From the NCBI GenBank assembly GCA_051418015.1, contig JBPRGF010000019.1, positions 31,408 to 95,407 of the forward strand: a stretch of DNA of 64,000 bases. The letters run 5' to 3'. Positions 48,506-58,750 of this stretch are shown here, one piece after another. The notes under the pieces were generated by a model. That model had not been told where the DNA came from. It did not search any database and was given only the letters and a program-made list of their open reading frames with translations. This DNA is from Candidatus Nitrospinota bacterium M3_3B_026 (GTDB taxonomy: Bacteria; Nitrospinota_A; UBA7883; JBPRGF01). Made by a program: the position numbers and the translations under genes. Positions within the stretch are counted from its first letter, which is position 1; each line of letters begins with the position of its first letter.

Positions 48506-49964
48506 CATCCCCTCCCTGCGCCGCTCCATTCTTCCAGGGCGGCGTTATCTTCCTGTATGCCGGGGCGCTCACGGCCATGTCCATGTCGCGGGCGAAAACC
48601 GCGAATCCGTCGTAGCCGTGATACGGACCGGAGTAGTCCCACGAGTGCATCTGGCGGAAGGGCACGCCCATTTTCTGGGATACGTATTTCTCCTTCACGC
48701 CGGAGCCGACAAGGTCGGGCCGTATCCTTTCTATGAATTTCTCCAGCTCGTACCCCGTCACGTCGTCGTAGATCAGCGTGGCCTCCTTCGCCTCGCCGAT
48801 GGTGCGGTCGTAGTCGTCGTTATGGCCGAACTCGTAGCCCGTCCCCACCACATCCATGCCGAGGTCCTCGTAGGCCCCGATAACGTGGCGCGGGCGCAGG
48901 CCGCCGACGTAGAGCATCACCTTTTTGCCTTCGAGGCGCGGGCGGTATCTGGCGATCACGGCGCCCATAGCCGGCCTGTGGCGCTCTATTACCTTCTCGG
49001 CGTTCTCCTGTATCCTCGAGTCGAAAAAGGCGGCTATTTTCCGGATCGATTCCTCGATCTTCGTCGGGCCGAAGAAGTTGTACTCGATCCACGGGATGCC
49101 GTACTTCTCCTCCATGTGGCGTGAGATGTAGTTCATCGAGCGGTAGCAGTGCAGCAGGTTCAGCCTCGCCCGGTGGCCGGTCCGAAGCTCCGAGAGCGTC
49201 CCGTCGCCCGACCATTGCGCCACGACGCGCAGCCCCATCTCCTCCAGGATGATCCGCGACGCCCAGGCGTCGCCGCCGATGTTGTAGTCGCCTATGATGG
49301 CGACGTCGTAGTCCGTCGCGCCGTCCGGCTCCTCCGTCCCCAAAACGTGGTCGCGGATCGTGTCGTTGGCAATGTGGTGGCCCAGCGACTGGGAGACGCC
49401 CCGGAAACCCTCGCAGCGGACGGGGATGACGGGCTTGCCCGTCTCTTTCGCCATCTTCTTCGCCACGGCCTCGATGTCGTCGCCGATGAGGCCGACGGGG
49501 CACTCGGACTGAATTGTCACCCCCTTCGCCAGCGGGAACATCTCATGGACCTCGCGGATGATCTCCTCCAGCTTCTTGTCGCCGCCGAATACGATGTCCT
49601 TTTCCTGGAAGTCGGAGGTGACCTGCATGGCCACGAAGTTGTCCACCCCCGTCGTCCCGCGGGAGTAGTTGCGGCGCGTTCCCCAGGAATACTGCCCGCA
49701 GCCGACGGGGCCGTGGGATATGTGGACCATGTCTTTTATCGGCCCCCACACGACACCCTTCGACCCCGCGTAGGCGCAGCCCCGGATGGTCATGACGCCG
49801 GGCAGGGACTTGCGGTTCGCCACGACGCACCCGGCGGAGCTTTCAAGCCCGGCGTCGTTGACATACAGGTGCTTCTCGCGGTCGGCCCTGGCCTCCTCCG
49901 GGTACATCGAGAGGACCTCCGATATCAGCGTCTCGCCTGATTCTTTCGTCATTTCAAACGGCAT
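48498..49964 (-). CDS. nifD: Nitrogenase MoFe protein alpha chain
   Basis: RGCAYAG, HGPVGC, SECP, HCYRS (FeMo-co Cys), [18 protein letters not shown] (FeMo-co His). Confidence 0.98.
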   Translation of the reverse strand: MPFEMTKESGETLISEVLSMYPEEARADREKHLYVNDAGLESSAGCVVANRKSLPGVMTIRGCAYAGSKGVVWGPIKDMVHISHGPVGCGQYSWGTRRNYSRGTTGVDNFVAMQVTSDFQEKDIVFGGDKKLEEIIREVHEMFPLAKGVTIQSECPVGLIGDDIEAVAKKMAKETGKPVIPVRCEGFRGVSQSLGHHIANDTIRDHVLGTEEPDGATDYDVAIIGDYNIGGDAWASRIILEEMGLRVVAQWSGDGTLSELRTGHRARLNLLHCYRSMNYISRHMEEKYGIPWIEYNFFGPTKIEESIRKIAAFFDSRIQENAEKVIERHRPAMGAVIARYRPRLEGKKVMLYVGGLRPRHVIGAYEDLGMDVVGTGYEFGHNDDYDRTIGEAKEATLIYDDVTGYELEKFIERIRPDLVGSGVKEKYVSQKMGVPFRQMHSWDYSGPYHGYDGFAVFARDMDMAVSAPAYRKITPPWKNGAAQGGDDA

Positions 49965-49994
49965 CTTTCGCGTCTCCAAAACGTGGTTGACGGC

Positions 49995-51008
<1,014 letters not shown>

Positions 51009-51056
51009 TCATGAGCAACCACCGCTTTCACGCGCCACGGAGCCGCGCGGTGGCTT

Positions 51057-51072
51057 TGTAGCGTTCCTTACA
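51057..51072. promoter_or_regulatory. NifA upstream activator sequence
   Basis: TGT-AGCGTTCCTT-ACA. Confidence 0.8.
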
Positions 51073-51202
51073 AGAGCCTACAAAATGCGGCTTCCCGAAC
51101 AGCGCTCCGGGCGCCTCTCCTTTAGGCGCGAACGCACAAATTTCAGGCGCCACAGGAGCGCGGCGCGGCCGATTCGCGGCGAATCCCGGGGGTTTTACTC
51201 CG

Positions 51203-51218
51203 CGGCGCCCTATTTGCT
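51203..51218 (+). promoter_or_regulatory. sigma54-type promoter of nifZ-nifL-nifA
   Basis: CGGCGC-CCTAT-TTGCT (GG-N10-GC), 34 nt upstream of the nifZ start. Confidence 0.62.
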
Positions 51219-51252
51219 TATGTCTTGCTCAGGGAATTAAGGAACAGAAGCC

Positions 51253-51717
51253 ATGGAAGGGTTTGAGCCGGGAGAGAAGGTCCGCCTTCTCTACGACATC
51301 AAAAACGATGGTACCGTCTTCGGCAAAAGACGCGGCGAGCAGCTCGAGCGGGCGGGCGCCATCGGTTTTGTCAAACGGCGGGGACGCTTTCTCGATGATA
51401 TCGTCTACGACGTCCACTTCCTGGACACCGACGCCATAATCGGCCTCAGGGAAAAAGAGCTGATCCCCGCCTCTGCCCGATGGCGCCCGGCCCGGCTCAA
51501 AAAAGGCGGCGAAGCCATCGCCGCCGCCGAGCTGCGCTTCCGGGGGCGGGTGGTCGCCGGGAAAGGGGCGAGAGGGACGATCGGCGCGGTCCGCTATCAC
51601 GAAAAGCACGGATACGTGTACGAGGTTAAGTTCCACGGCGCGGAGGGTTTTGTCCTCGTGACGGAGAGCCAGGTATGCGGATCCGGCGGCGCGGCTGGAG
51701 GTTCCTCGAAGCCATGA
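51253..51717 (+). CDS. nifZ: NifZ
   Basis: GEKVR...DIKNDGT..G..RGE.L...G..G.V...G.FL...VY.VHF......G.RE.EL. Confidence 0.88.
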   Translation: MEGFEPGEKVRLLYDIKNDGTVFGKRRGEQLERAGAIGFVKRRGRFLDDIVYDVHFLDTDAIIGLREKELIPASARWRPARLKKGGEAIAAAELRFRGRVVAGKGARGTIGAVRYHEKHGYVYEVKFHGAEGFVLVTESQVCGSGGAAGGSSKP

Positions 51718-53327
51718 TCGTCGCGCATCTGCTGGACGACCTTTCCCACATCCGCAGGGAGCTTGCGCTGTGGGCGCCCTCCGACGACCACGGCAGGCGC
51801 GCCCTTGACGCCATCGGCGAGCGCATAGCTAGGCTCGACTGTGAAGTGGCCAGGCTGGAGCGCGAAAACGCCGCCCGGCTGGAGGAAAAAAAGCAGCTGG
51901 AGATAGCCCTCCTCTTCACCGACGACGCCGTCTGCGTGACCAGCGCCGGCGGGGAGATCCGCCTCATCAACCCGGCCTTCGAAAGACTCTCCGGCGTCCC
52001 CGGGGAGGAGAACATAGGGTCGTCCGTCTACGCGCTGTGGGAGGATGTCTCCGCCGCAAAGACCCTGGAGAGCATGAGGTCGGAGGCGCTGTCCGGCGGG
52101 ACGTGGCGCGGCCGCCTCCGCGCCGCCTCCCGCGATGGGGAAGAGCGCGTGGCAGAGGTCACCGTCGAGCCGATAATCGGCCACGACGGCGTCATCAACA
52201 GCCTGGTCTTCACCCAGAGGGACATCACCGCCGGGGTGAAGGCGGAAAGGGAGCTTTCCGCCCAGAAGGAGCTGCTGGAAAAAATCCTGAATCTCTCCTC
52301 GAACGCCGTCGTGGCGCTCGACGCGGGCGGCGGCTGGCTCCTTGACAACCTCGCGGCGAAGACGCTCATCGCCGACCTTGGCCCCGGCGGCAGGGAAGAG
52401 CTCGGGCGAGCGCTGCTCGGCTGGCTTTCGGCGAACCCGTTTCCGAAACGGCGGAAGCTGACCCTGACCCTCGCCAACCGGACAGAAGCTCACTACTACG
52501 TCCAGGCTGAAAAAATCCCCGGTGAATACCTGTTTCCAGGTTGCGCCGGAACGAGCCTTTTCCTCGTCACGATGTCGAACATCACGGAGCTGGAGCGCAA
52601 GAGCAGGGAGGTAATCGCCAGGAGGCAGGCCATGGCCTCCCTGAAGCAGGAGAAGATCCTGGCCCATGACGAGATGGCCAACGGCATCGTATGCAAAATG
52701 TCCCAGCCGCTGAACGTGGCCCGCGCCATCACCGGCAGGATGCGGACGCTGATCGCCGAAAACGACATGGAAGGGGTCACCAACAACCTCGCACTCCTGC
52801 AGGAGATGATAGGGGCGATGGAGGGCCTGATGGGCGAGTTCAAAAGGATGTCCGAGGCGGACGCGGCGGAGAGCCCACGATGCGGAATCGGCGAGCTTTT
52901 CGAGTTCGTGGACGTCATTTACAGGAGCAGGGCGGAGGAGGAGGGTGTGTCCCTCCAGATCGAAAACGGGCGGCGGGGTGTGGCCGTTCCGATGGCCGGG
53001 GAGACCATGCGGATGGCCATCGCCATGCTCATGGACAACGCCTTCGACGCCGTGGCGGACGGCGCGGACAAAAGGATCCGCCTCCGCCTCGAAGAGCCGG
53101 GGGATGAAGTCCGCGTCATTGTGGAGGACAGCGGCCCCGGCGTCCCCGGGGAGGACCGGATACGGGTCTTCGAGCCTTTCTTCACGACCAAGAGCGGGCG
53201 GCGGGGTTTGTCGCTGGCGCTTGTCAGCCAGGCCGTTAACAAGGCCGGGGGGAGCGTCGCCGCCGGGGCGTCGCTTTTGGGAGGCGCCGCTTTTTCCCTT
53301 GCGTTTCCATTGAAGACAGACCCATGA
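51714..53327 (+). CDS. nifL: NifL-like PAS-PAS-GHKL protein
   Basis: PAS1 (INPAF..LSG..W.G..RDIT), PAS2 (LLDN...K.L..DL), His-less H-box region (NGIVCKMSQPLN), DNA.DA, EDSGPG, FEPFFTTK; ATGA overlap with nifA. Confidence 0.72.
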   Translation: MIVAHLLDDLSHIRRELALWAPSDDHGRRALDAIGERIARLDCEVARLERENAARLEEKKQLEIALLFTDDAVCVTSAGGEIRLINPAFERLSGVPGEENIGSSVYALWEDVSAAKTLESMRSEALSGGTWRGRLRAASRDGEERVAEVTVEPIIGHDGVINSLVFTQRDITAGVKAERELSAQKELLEKILNLSSNAVVALDAGGGWLLDNLAAKTLIADLGPGGREELGRALLGWLSANPFPKRRKLTLTLANRTEAHYYVQAEKIPGEYLFPGCAGTSLFLVTMSNITELERKSREVIARRQAMASLKQEKILAHDEMANGIVCKMSQPLNVARAITGRMRTLIAENDMEGVTNNLALLQEMIGAMEGLMGEFKRMSEADAAESPRCGIGELFEFVDVIYRSRAEEEGVSLQIENGRRGVAVPMAGETMRMAIAMLMDNAFDAVADGADKRIRLRLEEPGDEVRVIVEDSGPGVPGEDRIRVFEPFFTTKSGRRGLSLALVSQAVNKAGGSVAAGASLLGGAAFSLAFPLKTDP

Positions 53328-54886
53328 GCGACCTGTCCGAAAGGGCCATGCAGGCCGTCCACCTGGTGTCGGAGCGCATGGCCGGCGCGAGCGATATCGG
53401 CGGCACGATCGGGAGTATCCTGTCCATCCTCAACGACTCGCTGGGATATGGAAGCGGGATGGTGACGCTGCTCGACGAGCGGTCGGAAGGGCTGCTGGTC
53501 GAGGCCGTCCACGGAATCTCCAGCGACCGCTACAAGGACGTACGCTACAGGAAGGGGGAAGGGCTGACCGGGCTCATCCTGGAGACGAAAGCGCCGCTTG
53601 CCATCCCCCTGGTGAAAAACGACCCCCGGTTCGTCAACAAGCTCTCCATATACCCTCCCGGCGTGGCTTTCGTGGGGGCGCCGATACAGGTGAACGGGGA
53701 CGCGCGCGGGGCGTTCTCCGTCTCCGTTCACGCCTCGGAGCGGTTCCGGCTGGATGAGCACGTCAGGATCGCCTCCACCTTCGCCAACCTCATCGGCGCG
53801 GTGTTCACGCGGCTGATCGACGCCGAGAAGGAAAAGGAAAACATCAGGCGCGAAAAAAGAAGGCTGGAGAGCCAGCTTCGGACGGTCTACCGGCCCGAAA
53901 ACATGATCGGCGTGAGCAAGAAGATGGAGGAGGTGTTCGACGCCATTGACCAGACGGCCAAGTGGAACGTCACGGCGCTGATCCGGGGAGAGTCCGGCAC
54001 GGGCAAGGAGCTGGTGGCGAAGGCGATCCACTACCGGTCGCCCCGGTCCGGCGGCCCTTTCGTAAAGCTCAACTGCGCCGCCGTGCCGGACTCCCTCCTG
54101 GAAAGCGAGCTTTTCGGGCACGAGAAGGGCGCCTTTACCGGCGCGGCCGCCGCCAAGCCGGGCCGGTTCGAACTGGCCGACAAGGGAACCCTTTTTCTCG
54201 ACGAGATCGGCGACACGACGCCCGCTTTCCAGGCGAAGCTGCTGCGGGTGTTGCAGGAAGGGCAGTTCGAAAGGCTCGGCGGAACACAGACTTTGACCGT
54301 GGACGTCCGCCTCATAGCCGCCACCAACGTGGACCTGGAGGAGGCGGTGGCGAAAAACAGGTTCCGCGAGGACCTTTACTACCGGCTGAACGTCATGCCG
54401 ATATACCTGCCCCCTCTGCGCGAGCGCAGGGAGGACATACCGCACCTCGTCTACTTCTTCCTCGAAAAACTCGGCGGGGAGGCCGGGCGAAGCATATCGA
54501 TGAGCCAGGAGGCGATGGCGCTGCTTTGCAAATGCGACTTCCCAGGCAACGTCCGTGAGCTGGAAAACTGCGTTCGCCGCTCCGCCGTCAAATCGAGCGG
54601 AGAGGTCATCCGGGCCGAGGATGTCCCCTGCCACTTCTCGCAATGCGGAGGCAGGCTGATCCGGACAAAGATGGCCGAGGCGTTCCCGCGCGGACAGGGC
54701 GCGGACGAGGACGCCCAGGGCGGCCCTGGCGAAATACTTTCCATCGAAAACGAGCGCGACAGGATACTGGCGGCGCTGAAAAAGGCCGGATGGACGCAGG
54801 CGAAGGCCGCGAGGATGCTGAACATGACGCCGAGGCAGATCGGCTACCGGATAGCCAAGCTCAATATCGACCTTGAAAACTATTGA
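53324..54886 (+). CDS. nifA: Nif-specific sigma54 activator NifA
   Basis: GAF domain, GESGTGKE, GAFTGA, CX11CX19CX4C, HTH QAKAARMLNMTPRQIGYRI. Confidence 0.96.
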   Translation: MSDLSERAMQAVHLVSERMAGASDIGGTIGSILSILNDSLGYGSGMVTLLDERSEGLLVEAVHGISSDRYKDVRYRKGEGLTGLILETKAPLAIPLVKNDPRFVNKLSIYPPGVAFVGAPIQVNGDARGAFSVSVHASERFRLDEHVRIASTFANLIGAVFTRLIDAEKEKENIRREKRRLESQLRTVYRPENMIGVSKKMEEVFDAIDQTAKWNVTALIRGESGTGKELVAKAIHYRSPRSGGPFVKLNCAAVPDSLLESELFGHEKGAFTGAAAAKPGRFELADKGTLFLDEIGDTTPAFQAKLLRVLQEGQFERLGGTQTLTVDVRLIAATNVDLEEAVAKNRFREDLYYRLNVMPIYLPPLRERREDIPHLVYFFLEKLGGEAGRSISMSQEAMALLCKCDFPGNVRELENCVRRSAVKSSGEVIRAEDVPCHFSQCGGRLIRTKMAEAFPRGQGADEDAQGGPGEILSIENERDRILAALKKAGWTQAKAARMLNMTPRQIGYRIAKLNIDLENY

Positions 54887-54910
54887 GCCCAGGACGCCGC
54901 GGGACCGCCG

Positions 54911-55603
54911 TCACAGCTTCTTGCCGGACCAGACAACCCTGCCGAGGATATCCACGGCGCCTGTTCCGTTTTTCGGAATCACCTGGTCCTCGTAGGCGGT
55001 GTTGTCGCACTTAACCTTGACCCTTCCGTCATACATGCGCTGGACGCGCCTTGCGACGACGGCCCGGCCTTCCCGCAGCGCGTAAATGGCGTCGAACACG
55101 ATGTCGCGTTGACCGATATCCAGGAGAAGTATGTCCCCTGAGTTTATGGTCGGCTCCATGCAATCCCCCGAGACCGTTATCATCACGAGGGAGTGGCTGT
55201 TGTCCCGGAGCCGGTTTTTTATCCACTCGTCATCGAGCGGGAAGGACGCCCCGCCGCCGGACCGCCGGGGAAGAGACGTCCCATCCCACAGGGTCCCGGC
55301 GTCGAAAAACGGAACGTACAGAAAATCCTCGGCAGTCTCCCGGGGGCGCCCGCCTCTCTGTATGGGCCCCTCGCCCGTCGCCAGCCATTCCACGGTCACC
55401 CCGGCCGCTTTCGCCATGGCCACGAGCCTTTTCCGGGTTGGGTCCGACTTGCCGGAAAGGTAAAGCCCGACGGCCCTCCTCGAAACGCCGGACTTTTTCG
55501 ACAGGGCGGTGGCGTTCCCGGCCATCATAGCAATATACTCCATTCTCTGCCTGAAGGAGAGCCGCCCGGCGCGCCCCGTGCCGTCCAAAGCCGCCCTCTT
55601 CAT
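54911..55603 (-). CDS. Phage CI-like repressor (HTH plus degenerate S24 peptidase domain)
   Basis: N-terminal HTH ending VEWLATGEGP; VSGDCMEPTINSGD; DNTAY; ILGRVVW. Confidence 0.85.
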   Translation of the reverse strand: MKRAALDGTGRAGRLSFRQRMEYIAMMAGNATALSKKSGVSRRAVGLYLSGKSDPTRKRLVAMAKAAGVTVEWLATGEGPIQRGGRPRETAEDFLYVPFFDAGTLWDGTSLPRRSGGGASFPLDDEWIKNRLRDNSHSLVMITVSGDCMEPTINSGDILLLDIGQRDIVFDAIYALREGRAVVARRVQRMYDGRVKVKCDNTAYEDQVIPKNGTGAVDILGRVVWSGKKL

Positions 55604-55735
55604 TCCCCGCCGCCCGGGCCTTGAGAGTTTGGAAGATATAACATATTGTATAACATAATATTATCGCCGCGCCCCGGCGCGGGGCGGCGGTAATATCTTT
55701 TGCCTTTTTTGGGGGTGAGATGTTTGATTTTTTTA

Positions 55736-55764
55736 TTGATTGCTTGGCATAATTCTGCTATGCT
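55736..55764 (+). promoter_or_regulatory. sigma70-type promoter of the ner-like gene
   Basis: TTGATT-N17-TATGCT with an extended TGn. Confidence 0.55.
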
Positions 55765-55785
55765 TTTGCCGTTGTGGGGAAGGAT

Positions 55786-56124
55786 ATGAACATACCAGAG
55801 AGCGCCCGCGAGAGAAGGGAGTGGATAAAGTACCAGCTCCGGCTCCGGGGGGACAACCTCGCCTCCATCGCCCGCGAGATGGGGGTAAGCAGGCACGCCT
55901 CCATCCTGGCGCTGCGCAAACCCTATCCCAGGATGGAGCGCGCCATAGCTGGGAAACTCGGGATGAGCCCCTCGGCCCTCTGGCCGGAGCGTTACGACAG
56001 CAATGGTACGCCGAACCGGCGGCGGGGGCGGCCACGGTCTTCCGGGGAACGGAATAATCTTCCTAACCATGTTGATAAAGATAGTACCAATATCATCGAC
56101 GGACGCAACCATAAAAAACGCTGA
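55786..56124 (+). CDS. Ner/Nlp (SfsB)-family DNA-binding protein
   Basis: IKYQLRLRG..LA.IAR..G....AL.KPYPRMERAIA..LG..P..LWPERY. Confidence 0.85.
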   Translation: MNIPESARERREWIKYQLRLRGDNLASIAREMGVSRHASILALRKPYPRMERAIAGKLGMSPSALWPERYDSNGTPNRRRGRPRSSGERNNLPNHVDKDSTNIIDGRNHKKR

Positions 56125-56382
56125 TTTCAAAGAGGGCGCCTGGGCTGGCGGGTCCTGGGGCGTGCTTGTATGAACCATACTATCAATAAGTTTTGAGTGG
56201 CCGGAACTGGTATCTTTTACATTGCGAAGCGAATACGGCGCGGTTTGAAAGCCGCTTGGCGGATCATCCGCGATACAGGCCGCGGGTATTAATTGTAGAC
56301 GATATGGCGTGGCTGTGGCGGGTGGAAGGCAAAGATAGCGCTGACCGCTGGCAACAGAGACCTCCAGGGCGTATGGGAGAGC

Positions 56383-56805
56383 ATGATGGACGGAGCGGAC
56401 AAGACGGGGCGCGTCCTGGTCATTGACGACGCCAGCCTCGTGCGCGAGCTTGTGAGATGGACGCTGGAGAAAGAGAGCTACGCCGTCACGGAGGCGGCCG
56501 ACGGGATAGACGGCGTCAGGCTTTTCCGCGAGAGCCGGTTCGATCTTGTGATTACGGACCTGATCCTTCCCCGCATGGACGGGCTGGAGGTGATCACGGA
56601 CATAAAGAGGGAAGACCCTGGCGCCAAGATCATCGCCATCTCAAGCGGCGGGCTTTCCGCCAGGGGCAAGAGCGTGAATTATCTTCTTTCCGTCGCGGAG
56701 AGGCTGGGGGCGAACAGGTCGCTGCTGAAGCCTTTCACCGGTGAGCAAATACTGGGCGCCGTCCGCGACCTTTTGACTGACACAGACACCGCCGGAAAGG
56801 TGTAA
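56383..56805 (+). CDS. Single-domain response regulator
   Basis: VLVIDD, DLVITDLILP.MDG, IIAISSG, LLKPF. Confidence 0.9.
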   Translation: MMDGADKTGRVLVIDDASLVRELVRWTLEKESYAVTEAADGIDGVRLFRESRFDLVITDLILPRMDGLEVITDIKREDPGAKIIAISSGGLSARGKSVNYLLSVAERLGANRSLLKPFTGEQILGAVRDLLTDTDTAGKV

Positions 56806-57050
56806 GGGGGGGGGCCCCCGGTCGCCTCGGGCTCCTCCATGATTTTCTCAGCGGTCAGCGCGGGATCCATCCCACGTGCCGGCCCTGAAAAAAAAACAGA
56901 TCCGCGCCCTGGCGGGGCTTTTCGTCATACAATAGAACCTGACTCTGAAAAAGCCCCGGAAGCCGCGTCAAAAGGGAGTCTTATTTTCGCGGCCATCACG
57001 GGAAATCGCCAGAAGACGATGAAAACGCCGCTGTCTCGCAGGATTAACGA

Positions 57051-58616
57051 ATGACAAGCCAACGCCCGGCCGCCCCTCCGCCGCGCGCGGTGGATTTCCT
57101 GAAGAGCGAGACCGCCGCCGCCATCGCGGTGTTCACGGCCGCTCTCGCCGTCCGGCTCGTCCACAACAGCCACATGATAGCGAGCCCCTTATACCATGTC
57201 CCCATGGGGGGGCATGTGCCTTACCTGTTGATGGCAAGAGAGATAGTCGAAAACGGCCTTCTTCCCTGGGACAGGGCCTTCAGCGTCAACAGTCCGCTTT
57301 ATCCATACATCCTGGCGGCTCAATACCAGGCCGCGGGCGGAGAAAACTTTTTGGCCGTCAGGTTTTTCGGCATGGCGGCGGACGGCGTGACCTGCGCTCT
57401 TGTCACGTTGCTGGCGTACCGCCATTTCGGGGCGCTGGCGGCTTATGCCGCCGGGGCGCTGGCCGTTTTTTACGGTCCGATGATATTTTACTCCGCGGAG
57501 CTGATAGCCGCCGTCTACAGCGTCTTTTTCCTCACGCTGGGGATATTCCTGCTGGACAGGGACGGCGGGCTTTCGCGCCACCTCGCCTCGGGTTTGTTCA
57601 TCGGCCTTGCGGCCGGGACGCGCCCGAACCTCGTTCTCGCCGCCGCGCTGGCCGTCCTGGCGCCCTATGTCCTCGGGAGGCCGGAACGGCGCGCCAAGGC
57701 CGCCGCGGTGGCCCTGGGGGCGGCGCTTGCCGTCTCGCCCATCACCATAGCCAACTACGCCATGAGCGGCCAGCTCGTTCCCATCACTCTCAGCGGAGGG
57801 CACAACCTCTACCTTGGGCACAACCCCGCCTCCATGGCCGGCTACGCGCCTCCGAACCCGGGCCGCATGGGGATGTACATTTTCGACGACATGAAAAAGC
57901 TGGCCGAGGAGGAGACGGATCGGGAGATGAAAGACACGGAGGTGTCCGGCTACTACGTGTCGAAAACCATCGACAGCGTCCTGGCCGGCCCGGCCCGCGA
58001 GGCGGCGCTTCTCGTGAAAAAAGCCGCCGCCGCCGTCAATGATTACGAGGCGACGACGTACGCGGACTACTATTTCCAGAAGGAGATATCCCCCGTGCTG
58101 GCGTGGGCGCCCGGCATGGGGCTGGTGTTTCCCCTGGCGGCGGTGGGGATGGCTGCCGCGGGGAGAGGGCGCTTCGTCCTGCTAATCCCGGTCATAACCA
58201 CCTTCGCCACCATACTGGTCTTCTTTTTCGTCTCCCGGCTGAGGATGCCGATGGCGCCTTTCCTGATAATTTTCGCGGGCGGGGCCGTGGCGTCTCTGGC
58301 CGGGTATATAAGGGCGAAAAGATGGTCCAGGACCGCTCTCACCGCGGCCCTCATGACGCCGCTTTTCGTCCTTGGCTCCTGGGAGTTCGTCAAGAGCGAC
58401 ACCTCCAACGAGTGGAACAAGGCCGGCGTTGTCCTGAGGGCGAACGAGCGCTACCGCCAGGCGGAGGCGGCCTTCATCCGCGCGGCGCGGGAAAACCCGG
58501 CCAACCCCGACTCTTACCGGAACCTCGCCGTCCTGTATGAAAAGACCGGCGCGCCCGGGAAGGCCGAGAAGATGCGGGAGCGGGCGAGGCTGCTGACCGG
58601 ACAGGGCGCGGGATGA
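57051..58616 (+). CDS. GT-C (ArnT/PMT-like) membrane glycosyltransferase with C-terminal TPR
   Basis: Multiple TM helices; PLYPY.LA, TRPN, NLYLGHN, RLRMP; TPR tail. Confidence 0.75.
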   Translation: MTSQRPAAPPPRAVDFLKSETAAAIAVFTAALAVRLVHNSHMIASPLYHVPMGGHVPYLLMAREIVENGLLPWDRAFSVNSPLYPYILAAQYQAAGGENFLAVRFFGMAADGVTCALVTLLAYRHFGALAAYAAGALAVFYGPMIFYSAELIAAVYSVFFLTLGIFLLDRDGGLSRHLASGLFIGLAAGTRPNLVLAAALAVLAPYVLGRPERRAKAAAVALGAALAVSPITIANYAMSGQLVPITLSGGHNLYLGHNPASMAGYAPPNPGRMGMYIFDDMKKLAEEETDREMKDTEVSGYYVSKTIDSVLAGPAREAALLVKKAAAAVNDYEATTYADYYFQKEISPVLAWAPGMGLVFPLAAVGMAAAGRGRFVLLIPVITTFATILVFFFVSRLRMPMAPFLIIFAGGAVASLAGYIRAKRWSRTALTAALMTPLFVLGSWEFVKSDTSNEWNKAGVVLRANERYRQAEAAFIRAARENPANPDSYRNLAVLYEKTGAPGKAEKMRERARLLTGQGAG

Positions 58617-58750
58617 GCAAGGCCTGCGCGGGAATCCGGGCGCGGCATCAAGACATCCACTTAAAAATTGGCTTTTTCAACCGTCCGTGGTATTGTACCC
58701 GCCGCGCCACTGAGTCTGAACTGAGTCTAAACAGTGGGAGATGTTGAAAA

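Noticed and set aside
52919..54643. 574-aa minus-strand ORF
   Set aside because: Antisense shadow of nifL/nifA
55745..55758. sigma54 promoter upstream of the ner-like gene
   Set aside because: TGGCATAATTCTGC has GG-N9-GC spacing, not N10; a sigma70 reading fits better
54911..56124. Intact prophage
   Set aside because: Only two regulators; no transposase, integrase or structural genes
56193..56426. 77-aa ORF upstream of the response regulator
   Set aside because: TTG start without an RBS, overlaps the next gene, no recognisable motif
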